A stretch of DNA of 31,530 bases from Anaerolineae bacterium (lineage in GTDB: Bacteria; Chloroflexota; Anaerolineae; Anaerolineales; Villigracilaceae), in NCBI GenBank assembly GCA_041480885.1, contig JBGPAT010000001.1, positions 1 to 31,530 on the forward strand, in the 5' to 3' direction. Positions 18,936 to 27,300 of this stretch are shown piece after piece; position 1 is the stretch's first letter, and the number at the start of each line of letters is the position of its first letter. The notes beneath the pieces are model-generated. The model was not told where the DNA came from and searched no databases. It saw only the letters and a program-made list of their open reading frames with translations. Both the position numbers and the translations under genes were made by a program.

Positions 18936-19698
18936 GACCGTGAGCCGTCGCGATTTTCTTAAGATCAGCGCCGCTGGAGCGACCGCCGCAGCCGCGGCGC
19001 AGGTCCTGAAGCAGGGCGCGGCGTCCGAAACCGCTGCGGAGGGTCCTCGTCAGTGGGTCATGGTCATCGATCAATCAAAGTGCATCGGGTGCGGCTACTG
19101 CACCCTCGCCTGCCAAGCTCACAATGATGTCAATCCCACCATAGAATGGAACCGCGTGACGCCGCTCGGGCAGCTGCAGGGAAAAGATATCTTCTTGCCG
19201 CGGCCCTGCATGCAATGCGCGAAGGCCCCTTGCGTTGATGTCTGCCCGGTCAAGGCATCTTATTACAGACCGGATGGCATCGTGATGATGGACTATGACC
19301 GGTGCATCGGCTGCAGGTATTGCGAAGTGGCCTGCCCGTATCAAGCCCGATCCTTCAACTGGAAAGCCTTCGATGGTCCGAACCCGGTTGTCCCTAAATG
19401 GGGACAACCTGAGGTAGCGCGCCGCCCGCGCGGCGTCGTGGAAAAATGTGCGTTCTGCTACCAGCGCATTGACCGCGGTCTCGCACAAGGTTTGCAGCCG
19501 GGTGTCGACCCGGATGCGACGCCGGCTTGTGTGGTTGCGTGCCCGACCGGTGCCCGCGTTTTCGGGGACATCAATGACCCGCAGTCCGATGTATCAACCA
19601 TGCTGAAGGACAACTTCAACTATCGTCTGCGCGACAATTTGGGCACGGGTGCGCGAGTCTACTACTTGCCTGCCGATGCAGCGGAGATGGAGGGATAA
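18928..19698 (+). CDS. Tat-exported 4x[4Fe-4S] protein (NrfC/DsrO/HybA/QrcC family)
   Basis: SRRDFLK Tat motif; CIGCGYC..C, CMQC..PC..VCP, CIGCRYC..ACP, CAFC..CVVACP. Confidence 0.93.
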   Translation: MTKTVSRRDFLKISAAGATAAAAAQVLKQGAASETAAEGPRQWVMVIDQSKCIGCGYCTLACQAHNDVNPTIEWNRVTPLGQLQGKDIFLPRPCMQCAKAPCVDVCPVKASYYRPDGIVMMDYDRCIGCRYCEVACPYQARSFNWKAFDGPNPVVPKWGQPEVARRPRGVVEKCAFCYQRIDRGLAQGLQPGVDPDATPACVVACPTGARVFGDINDPQSDVSTMLKDNFNYRLRDNLGTGARVYYLPADAAEMEG

Positions 19699-20963
19699 TG
19701 TTGAAGCGCCTGCGAGTCCAACTTCCTCCTCTAAAGGTTACACCGTGGGGCGTGTGGCTGGGGATTCTCGGCCTGGTGCTGTTGGCGGCCTCGACTGCCG
19801 GGGTCCTGGTCTTCTGGACCGGCCTGTGGATCACGAATCTCACCGATCTCGTGCCTTGGGGCCTGTGGATTACGATTGATCTCTCATCCATCGCATTGAG
19901 CGCGGGTGCGTTCACCCTCTGCGCAGCCGTATATTTGATCGGCCTTGAGCGCTACCAGCCCATCGCTCGCACTGCCACGTTTGTCGGCTTGATCGGATAC
20001 ACCATGGCAATGCTGTCGTTGCTGCTCGATATCGGCCGCCCGGATCGCTTTTGGCATGCGCTGGTCTACTGGAATGACCGCTCACTCCTTTGGGAAGTGA
20101 CCATGTGCGTCATGCTCTACCTGACGGTCTTAGTGTTCGAGTCACTCCCCATCTTCGCCGGGCTCGAGTGGTTCAAACAGCGCTTGCCAAAGTTGGCCAG
20201 GAAGATGAGCGGCACGCACCACTATGCGCCCTATCTTGCAATTGCGGGCCTCGCTCTTTCCTCCCTGCACCAGTCTTCGCTGGGAGCAATATACGGCGTG
20301 ATCAAAGCACGTCCCCTGTGGTACAAGCCTGAGATGGCCATCCTGTTCATGTTCTCGGCCATCGTTGGTGGCATTTCGCTGACCCTGTTCGCCTCCATGC
20401 TCTCAGCGCGCCTCACTCCCAAGGCGAAGATCAACGATGCCCTGATTGAGAGGGTGGCACACTTTGTCGCCTGGGCGCTGGTCGGGTACTTCTACTTCAG
20501 GTTTTGGGATGCGCTGGCTCAGCATTACACCTATGAGCCCGGGCGCACCGAGGGAATGGAATTGCTCACTGGAGGTCCGCTCTCGTTCAACTTTTGGGTG
20601 CTTGAAATGCTCCTTGGCACCCTCATTCCCATGATCATGCTTCTGACGCCATATACCCGCCGCCATCCATTCTGGCGCATGGTCGCCCTCGGCCTGGTTG
20701 TGGTGGGCGTGGTTGCCTACCGTTGGGACACGAATCTCTCGGGGCTCATGGTGGTTCTGTCGTATCTTCCGGGCGAGCAAGCGATCGCCTATGCTTCATA
20801 TTGGCCATCACTCGTAGAGCTGGTGGCGGGATCAGGCATCATCGCCTACGGGATGCTTGCCTTCTCGCTCGGCGTCCGTTACCTCAGGGTGGTGGATCAC
20901 CGCTACCTTGCAGACGAAGCTGAGGCCGTCAAGATCGAGTCGCCTGCCGCCGTGCGCGCCTAG
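19698..20963 (+). CDS. NrfD/PsrC-family integral membrane quinone-interacting subunit (HybB/QrcD/DsrP-like)
   Basis: PWGLWI..DL..IALSAGAF, LLLDIGRPDRFW, SLLWEV and LHQSSLG motifs; about 10 TM helices. Confidence 0.92.
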   Translation: MLKRLRVQLPPLKVTPWGVWLGILGLVLLAASTAGVLVFWTGLWITNLTDLVPWGLWITIDLSSIALSAGAFTLCAAVYLIGLERYQPIARTATFVGLIGYTMAMLSLLLDIGRPDRFWHALVYWNDRSLLWEVTMCVMLYLTVLVFESLPIFAGLEWFKQRLPKLARKMSGTHHYAPYLAIAGLALSSLHQSSLGAIYGVIKARPLWYKPEMAILFMFSAIVGGISLTLFASMLSARLTPKAKINDALIERVAHFVAWALVGYFYFRFWDALAQHYTYEPGRTEGMELLTGGPLSFNFWVLEMLLGTLIPMIMLLTPYTRRHPFWRMVALGLVVVGVVAYRWDTNLSGLMVVLSYLPGEQAIAYASYWPSLVELVAGSGIIAYGMLAFSLGVRYLRVVDHRYLADEAEAVKIESPAAVRA

Positions 20964-20977
20964 ATTAGGCCTGCCAG

Positions 20978-21016
20978 AAAAGATGAGCCGGTCCTTACTG
21001 GACCGGCTCATCTTTT
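20978..21016. terminator. Bidirectional intrinsic terminator between convergent cytochrome operons
   Basis: AAAAGATGAGCCGGTCC-TTACT-GGACCGGCTCATCTTTT, with A/T tracts on both sides. Confidence 0.88.
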
Positions 21017-21072
21017 GATTTGAGTACGTCTATGTCGGGTTCAGATCCAATGGATAGCCTGGGCTTGCTACC

Positions 21073-22770
21073 TCACTTCTCGGGCGCGCCAGCCGTTATC
21101 CATTGTCCAACCAGGTCAAGCTCTGCCGCCGAGAGATTCGCAAAGTGCTGAGAACTCTGGATCCTGATCAGTAAACTGTTCGTCGCGTCACCAGGCGCGA
21201 TCACGGCGCGGTCCTTGCCACCTTTCATCGTGCCCGCATAGGTGGTCAGGTCCATGCCCCCGGCGAGCGTGGTGGGATTGTGGCACATGGTGCACTTGGC
21301 GGCGAAAACCGGCCCAATGTTCGCGTCATATGTCGGATTGCCCACCACGGCGGCCGGCGTCGGCAGGGGAGCCGGCGTGGGAACCTGTGCCTGCAGAATG
21401 GACCGCAGAACAGGCGCATCAAATCCCGCATATGTAAAGACACTTCCATGACATGCGCTGTTTGAGCAGAATGACGTGTTGCTGGTTCCGCCAGCATCGG
21501 CCATGGTGTGGCAGGCGGAGCAGGTGGCGTCGATGCTCTTGTTATGCAGGCTGATCCAATTGGCGTTGCGATGAGACTCGGGCTCAGGCCCGCGGCTGAT
21601 TTCGATCTTGGTCACAAAGTCCTGGGAGCCGGCCACCACAGGCACCGAATGACATAGATTGCATTCGAGGCGAATCGCCTGCTGGCTCGCGTCGAGATGC
21701 TTTCCGTCGTGGCAGCGGAAGCAGCCCGCGGAATTGATATGGCCGACATTCGAAGGATGTGTGTTCCAATTGTCCTTCTGGTCCAGGAATGCGGAGTCGG
21801 AATAGATCTGCTGTAGCGCAGCAATGGCCTGCGTGATCTTGGCGGTATTTGCGCCGTAGAAGCCCGAATAGTGAGTCTGATAATAGTTGTCCAAACTCGC
21901 GATACCCGCCTGGGCCTCAGCCTGAGTGCTGTAATCACGCCTCAGCGCTTCGACTCCCAGCTTTCGGATGTCCGGAATATCCTTTGAGATGCCTCCCAGG
22001 GATAGTGCTTCATCCACCGACTCCTCAGGCGTGTAGATGTGGTGCGTAATGCGGTTGTGACAAGTAATGCAGTCCATCTCCTTAAGCTTGGCTGGATCTA
22101 CCTTGGCAGGATCGAAACCAGACTGGACATCCACGTAGTCTGTCTTGGAACCATCATCGTTGACCACCTGCACAAAGGGAATGGTCTGTTCCAGAGTATC
22201 GGTGGGATAGTAGTAGACCTGGTTGACGATGTGCCAGTGGATGCCGAGGCCCAGCCCTGGCCGCTTGGCGCCTCCGCCCGTCTTCAGCACAAGGTAGGTA
22301 CTGTAGGGTGTGTTCTGCTGATCAGGCTGGAAATGGGAGATCACTCGCAGACTGTCGTCTGAGAATTTCTCGGGCGAATGGCATTTCTCGCAGGTCTCAC
22401 GCGCCGGACGCATGTTCTGGATATATATCGGATACTCGTACGTGCTGAAGGCTGTCGCCAGGATGTGCCTCACATCACCAGCCTTGCGGAAGATCTGGTT
22501 ACCAATGAACTCACGTCCAATGTGGCAGTCCACACAAGCTATGCGCGAGTGGGGCGAGACTTGATAGGCTGCAAACTCCGGCGGCATCGTATGGCATGTC
22601 GTGCCGCAGAATGACGGGGAGTTGGTGTAGTCCCACGCATACGCGCCGCCCACCAGAAGTGACAGGGTCAGAAGCCCCAGCACCGCATACGGCAGGATCA
22701 GGAGCCACCGAGGAGAACTGCGAGGCGGAAAGAAGAAGTGGCGGATGGCAGATCGGACTCGTGCTAGCAT
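21073..22770 (-). CDS. NapC/NirT-type membrane multiheme cytochrome c (ImcH-like) with tethered C-terminal monoheme domain
   Basis: N-terminal TM helix, NSPSFCGTTCHTM..Y..SPH..CVDCH, 7 CXXCH plus one CX3CH and one CX4CH, PTPAP linker before the last heme. Confidence 0.88.
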   Translation of the reverse strand: MLARVRSAIRHFFFPPRSSPRWLLILPYAVLGLLTLSLLVGGAYAWDYTNSPSFCGTTCHTMPPEFAAYQVSPHSRIACVDCHIGREFIGNQIFRKAGDVRHILATAFSTYEYPIYIQNMRPARETCEKCHSPEKFSDDSLRVISHFQPDQQNTPYSTYLVLKTGGGAKRPGLGLGIHWHIVNQVYYYPTDTLEQTIPFVQVVNDDGSKTDYVDVQSGFDPAKVDPAKLKEMDCITCHNRITHHIYTPEESVDEALSLGGISKDIPDIRKLGVEALRRDYSTQAEAQAGIASLDNYYQTHYSGFYGANTAKITQAIAALQQIYSDSAFLDQKDNWNTHPSNVGHINSAGCFRCHDGKHLDASQQAIRLECNLCHSVPVVAGSQDFVTKIEISRGPEPESHRNANWISLHNKSIDATCSACHTMADAGGTSNTSFCSNSACHGSVFTYAGFDAPVLRSILQAQVPTPAPLPTPAAVVGNPTYDANIGPVFAAKCTMCHNPTTLAGGMDLTTYAGTMKGGKDRAVIAPGDATNSLLIRIQSSQHFANLSAAELDLVGQWITAGAPEK

Positions 22771-22784
22771 CGATATTCACCTCA

Positions 22785-24914
22785 TTAGTTGTCTTGCGCG
22801 CCGGAAGCAATCCAGTTCAGAATCACCTGGAGATCCGCTTGAGGCAGACTACCCTGGGGTGGCATGGTCTGGCCGTTCGTTCCCTGAAGCATCTGGGCCA
22901 ACGGACTCTTTTCTACGTTCCCGGCAATGACCACGGGGCCGCCCTTTCCGCCGGCCATCACCGTGCTGTAAGAAGAGGCATCCCAGCCACCCAGCTTCGT
23001 GCCGGAGTTGTGGCACACTTGGCAGTTTGCCTTAAGAATCGGGAGCACCTGACCAGAAAAACTTGATGCAGAGGGTGTAGCAGCGGGAGTCGCAGTGCCC
23101 TCCGGCGCGCTCGCGATTGGTTTCAGTGTTCGAATGTACTGCACTAGTTGTTGAAGCTGGCCGGCACTTAGGAGGTCCCCCCACGCAATCATGGGAGTCG
23201 CTTCCCGGCCTTTGTCAATGACATTGAGCAGAGACTGATCGTCATAGCGATTCTGAAAATCCGCCGTGTTGAAGGCGGGACCAATACCACCTTCGCCGTT
23301 GGCGCCATGGCACCTGGCACACACATTTGCAAAAACCTGGGAACCGCTGAGTGCTGCACGACCAGCTGCCACCTCGGCTGGCAGATTGACCGGCGGATTG
23401 GCTTCCCAACTTCGGATAAAGGCCACCAGAGCATCAATCTGGTCATCGCTCAGAGGTCCGCCATTGGCCGAGCCAAAGGGCGACATCCCAAAATTGGGCT
23501 GGCCTTGTGAAATGATACTCCGCAAAGTAAGGTCATCTCGCGTCTTGAGAAACTCAGCCGAACTGATCGGAACGATCGTCTGGCTCGGATTGGCCGGATT
23601 GGGACCGCCTTCGCCAAATTGCCCATGGCAAACCGCGCAATTGCTCACAAATAGCTGAGCACCCTCTTCCGCACTCTGCCCTTTGCTCGCTGTTAGAGTG
23701 TAGTTCACTAGTGCATCCAGCTGCTCGGGCGTCAGTATTTTTCCCCACACCGGCATCGTCACATGGGCGCCGCCGCTCGCGATGATCTTGCGGGCACTCT
23801 CGAGATCAGGAGCGGTTGGCACCGTATTGCCGTGACAGACGCTGCAGCGCTGTCCAAACAGGGTCTTGCCGGCTGGATTGGAGGCGGGATCGGTCACATA
23901 GGCGGCCAGAGTATCGAGGTCAGCCTGGCTCAAGGTACCCTGCCACGCCGGCATTGAAAGGTGCTGTCCGCCTTTGCTGATGATGTCACGCAGCTGACTT
24001 TCGGTGCCGGTGAACGTGACGCCAAACCCGTGGCAACCCGAGCAGTTGACCTCGAACAGCCGCTGACCGTCGGGTGCGGCGAGGAAATTCAGCACCGCAT
24101 TGCGCTGTGCGTCCGTCAGAGTCTGTTTCCAAGCAGGCGTGCTCTGTTTCTGATGCGGGGGGTAATTTGGCCCTTCCTCAAATACCCGTTGCAGCTCCTG
24201 CGGATTCCCAGAGGCCTGTACGAGCGTCTTATGGCACGCTCCACACTCCTGGGTGTAGACCGCACTACCATTTGGTGACGTAATGAAGCCAGCCAGGGCA
24301 TCAATTTCGTCGGTGCTGAGATCGCCTCCCCAAGCAGGCATGCCTTCGTGTTTGCCCTGAGCGATGAGTTGATGGAGATCGGTGCCAGCTGGCACGACAA
24401 TTCCGGGTCCGTGGCAATTGGCGCAGTTCTTGGCGTAGAGGGCAGCGGCTTGATCAACGGGCGCTGCCACTTGAGGCGGCGGCGACTCTCGCACGGAGAG
24501 TATGGTCAATGTGGCGATTCCCCCCACGACCAATAAAGCCAACACGCTCGCAATGGGCCGGTCGAGGAAATGGCGCCTTGTACTTCTATCGATGAACGGC
24601 AGGGCGAACAGCAGGAGAATCAACAATCCAGGAATTACCATGACGCCGACAACTTCCAGCTTGCCGGGGAAGTACTTCAGAAGCTGAAATAGGAAGAGGA
24701 AGTACCATTCCGGGCGAGGAGTGTACGTCGCGTCATTTGGATCTGCCCTTGCCTCCGTCGGGACACCCAGGAAGTACGCCAGTGCCACTAGGACCAGGAA
24801 GATCACCAGCGACACAACCACGTCCTTGAAGATGATGTCGGGAAAGAACGGGACTCCTTTTTCCTTGGCTTTCTTGTAGCGTTCGAGATATTCCTTCTTC
24901 TCTTTCTCGTTCAT
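22785..24914 (-). CDS. Cytochrome b6 subunit IV (PetD/QcrC-like) fused to seven monoheme c domains
   Basis: PFFPD..KD, PEWYFLF Qo motif, 3 TM helices, then CANCH, CGACH, CSGCH, CSVCH, CAVCH, CARCH, CQVCH. Confidence 0.92.
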   Translation of the reverse strand: MNEKEKKEYLERYKKAKEKGVPFFPDIIFKDVVVSLVIFLVLVALAYFLGVPTEARADPNDATYTPRPEWYFLFLFQLLKYFPGKLEVVGVMVIPGLLILLLFALPFIDRSTRRHFLDRPIASVLALLVVGGIATLTILSVRESPPPQVAAPVDQAAALYAKNCANCHGPGIVVPAGTDLHQLIAQGKHEGMPAWGGDLSTDEIDALAGFITSPNGSAVYTQECGACHKTLVQASGNPQELQRVFEEGPNYPPHQKQSTPAWKQTLTDAQRNAVLNFLAAPDGQRLFEVNCSGCHGFGVTFTGTESQLRDIISKGGQHLSMPAWQGTLSQADLDTLAAYVTDPASNPAGKTLFGQRCSVCHGNTVPTAPDLESARKIIASGGAHVTMPVWGKILTPEQLDALVNYTLTASKGQSAEEGAQLFVSNCAVCHGQFGEGGPNPANPSQTIVPISSAEFLKTRDDLTLRSIISQGQPNFGMSPFGSANGGPLSDDQIDALVAFIRSWEANPPVNLPAEVAAGRAALSGSQVFANVCARCHGANGEGGIGPAFNTADFQNRYDDQSLLNVIDKGREATPMIAWGDLLSAGQLQQLVQYIRTLKPIASAPEGTATPAATPSASSFSGQVLPILKANCQVCHNSGTKLGGWDASSYSTVMAGGKGGPVVIAGNVEKSPLAQMLQGTNGQTMPPQGSLPQADLQVILNWIASGAQDN

Positions 24915-25576
24915 CGCTGCTCATTCCTCTCCGGCAGAGCCGAAATGCCAATACGGATCACCAGGTAGAGGTGCGTCCCCACGAGGGCCGCCAGAGCTGC
25001 GGGCAATACCCAAACGTGCGTGCCAAAAAAGCGAGCCAGCGTCACCGCGGACAGATCAGTGCCGCCACGGGCGATCCGCAGGAGCCAATCACCTACCAGC
25101 GGAGCCACGCCAGCAATTCGAGTGCCAACGGTCGTAGCCCAGTACGCTTTCTGATCCCACGGCAGCAAATAGCCGGTAAAACCGAAACCAATCACTACCA
25201 GGAACAGCAGCACGCCCGTGATCCATGTGGCCTCGCGCGGATATTTGTACGCGCCATAAAAAAAGACTCGCAGAAGATGCAGAACCACCAACACGATCAA
25301 TGCGCTCGCACCCCAGTGGTGCAGGCCTCGGATGAGCCAGCCCGCCGGCAGTTGGGTCGTGATGTAGACGACGCTGTCATAGGCATGGTCAGGTGTCGGC
25401 ACGTAGTAAAGTGTGAGCAAGATTCCGGTCACCGCCTGAATGGTGGCGACGAAGAGCGTGGCGCTGCCCAACGTGTATAGCCAGTTTACGTGAGGCACCT
25501 TGCGCAGGAATATGGCCTCCCACACGCTGCGCCAGCTAAAGCGCTCTTCCATCCAATCGGCGAATTTTGCCAGCAT
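24911..25576 (-). CDS. qcrB: Cytochrome b6 (N-terminal, 4-TM) subunit of Rieske/cyt b complex
   Basis: QAVTGILL.LYYVP, His pairs H-x13-H and H-x14-H, GFTGYLLPWDQKAYWA. Confidence 0.94.
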   Translation of the reverse strand: MLAKFADWMEERFSWRSVWEAIFLRKVPHVNWLYTLGSATLFVATIQAVTGILLTLYYVPTPDHAYDSVVYITTQLPAGWLIRGLHHWGASALIVLVVLHLLRVFFYGAYKYPREATWITGVLLFLVVIGFGFTGYLLPWDQKAYWATTVGTRIAGVAPLVGDWLLRIARGGTDLSAVTLARFFGTHVWVLPAALAALVGTHLYLVIRIGISALPERNEQR

Positions 25577-25577
25577 A

Positions 25578-26057
25578 TCAACCTCGCTTTATGTAGAGAA
25601 TCCCGGCCGTCACTTTGCTCTGGAACCGGTCAAGAGGTCGAGGCGGTGGCCCAGATACGACGGTCCCATCCTTCGCAAACACGCCGTTATGACAAGGACA
25701 ATGGTACTTGCCATCGTCGGCGATCCAGCGCACTCTGCATCCCAGGTGGGTGCAAATGTTCGAAATGACCACAAAATCCTGTCCGTTGTCAGTCAAGACG
25801 TAAGCCGACACTTCCTCTTCGGTCTTGATCCAGCCCGTCTGTGTCTGAACCGTGGTCTTGAAAAGCGTGGGATTCCCCATCTCAACCTTGCTGATTGCTC
25901 CCAGCCGGATCCATGCATCAGTAGCCTGCGTCAGGGCCGGGCCGATAACGTATGCAATCGCTGGCAGCCCGATCGCGGCGCCGATGAGCCCGCCGATGCT
26001 GAAGATCGCCGCTTTCATGAAGTCCCGACGGCCAAGCGGCGGCGTTTTGTCTTTCAT
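25578..26057 (-). CDS. qcrA: Rieske [2Fe-2S] protein, Tat signal-anchor
   Basis: GRRDFMK, CTHLGC and CPCHNG boxes, GPPPRPL. GGAGG RBS precedes ATG 26057. Confidence 0.94.
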   Translation of the reverse strand: MKDKTPPLGRRDFMKAAIFSIGGLIGAAIGLPAIAYVIGPALTQATDAWIRLGAISKVEMGNPTLFKTTVQTQTGWIKTEEEVSAYVLTDNGQDFVVISNICTHLGCRVRWIADDGKYHCPCHNGVFAKDGTVVSGPPPRPLDRFQSKVTAGILYIKRG

Positions 26058-26082
26058 GGTTGACCTCCAGTGTTCAGTACCT

Positions 26083-27300
26083 TCACTTTTCGAGAGCTCC
26101 CGCATCGATCCAGGCTTTGACCAGCGCAAGCTCTTCAGGGGACAACTGGCCGGGATGACCGCCGCTGGTCTGGACCTGGAATAGTTTGCTGTTAGCCGCA
26201 TCACTTGGGACAATGACGGGGCCATCCGTTGCGCCTTTCAGGGCGTCTGCATAGCTGCTCAGGTTCAGCCCGTTGGTTGCTAGAGTTGTGCCATGACACA
26301 TCCCGCACCTCGACGCGAAGATCGGAGCCACCTCTCCCCAAGAGATGGGCGAGCTGGTTCCGGCCGCAGCCTGCGCCGTGGGCACCGACGTCGCAGCAGG
26401 TACCGCCGTCGGCGTCGGCGGCAGCGCAGTGGGTGTCTGCGGAACATAGATGGGAACAGTCGTGGCAATCTCCGGCGGGACTGTTGTGATGGCGGTCTGC
26501 TCGCCGTTCACGAATCCATAGACGGCAAAGAGCAGGACCAGCGCGACTATGGCCGCAATTGGGTAATAGACATGCTGGCGTTTTCGAAGCGCGGCCGGCT
26601 CTGGCAGGCGGTCCGCAAAGCCCGCTTTGATGTCTGCCAGCTCCAGCGGATGCTCATGGAGCATTTCTTCTTCGCTCGCGCGGCCTGTCCACATGGCCTT
26701 GTTGAATCGCCTGAGATGAACCCCATACATGTGCCAGACGATGATGGCCAGGACGGCCAAAACTGCTTCCGCGCCATGGGCCGTCTTGGCGGCCGGGATG
26801 ATGTCGCCTGGCAGGAGCCGGACAGTGGTAAGAGGGTTCCACATCATGAATCCCGTTAGACCCATGATCAGGATGCCCCAAACCAGGGCCCAGTATTCCG
26901 CCTTCTCTTCGAAACCATAACGTCCCAGCTGTGGACGGGATTTGACGAGACCGATGTTGTATCTGAAGGCGGACCACGCATCAAGGACGTCCTGCACGCC
27001 TGGCAACATCGCCAGCGGCCGGCGCAGGACAAAGATCTTGTATCCAAGATTCACGATGTGATAGACGGCCACCAGCATGAGCAGGATAGCCGCGACATGA
27101 TGGGTGGTCCGGACGCGCTCAATCCCACCAAAGGAACGAACCATGAATACCGAAACGGAACTCAGCGCGTATTTCTGCACCAGACCGGTAAGCGCCAGGG
27201 TTGTGAAGGACAGCAGCATCACGAGATGCTGAATGCGATCTGACAGAGTGAATCGAACGTAGTTCCGCCGCGGCGCGGGAGCAGCCGTCTTCTTTGCCAT
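26083..27300 (-). CDS. FdnI/HydC-type diheme cytochrome b with tethered C-terminal monoheme c domain
   Basis: RF..SDRIQH, RTTHH, GRYGFEEKAEYWAL.WG, AHG.EA..A...WH; PTPT linker, then CGMCH. Confidence 0.9.
   Translation of the reverse strand: MAKKTAAPAPRRNYVRFTLSDRIQHLVMLLSFTTLALTGLVQKYALSSVSVFMVRSFGGIERVRTTHHVAAILLMLVAVYHIVNLGYKIFVLRRPLAMLPGVQDVLDAWSAFRYNIGLVKSRPQLGRYGFEEKAEYWALVWGILIMGLTGFMMWNPLTTVRLLPGDIIPAAKTAHGAEAVLAVLAIIVWHMYGVHLRRFNKAMWTGRASEEEMLHEHPLELADIKAGFADRLPEPAALRKRQHVYYPIAAIVALVLLFAVYGFVNGEQTAITTVPPEIATTVPIYVPQTPTALPPTPTAVPAATSVPTAQAAAGTSSPISWGEVAPIFASRCGMCHGTTLATNGLNLSSYADALKGATDGPVIVPSDAANSKLFQVQTSGGHPGQLSPEELALVKAWIDAGALEK

Noticed and set aside
17961-20963. Alternative complex III (ActABCDEF) or dsrMKJOP operon
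   Set aside because: No molybdopterin-like ActB domain, no ActD/E/F and no DsrM/K in the window.
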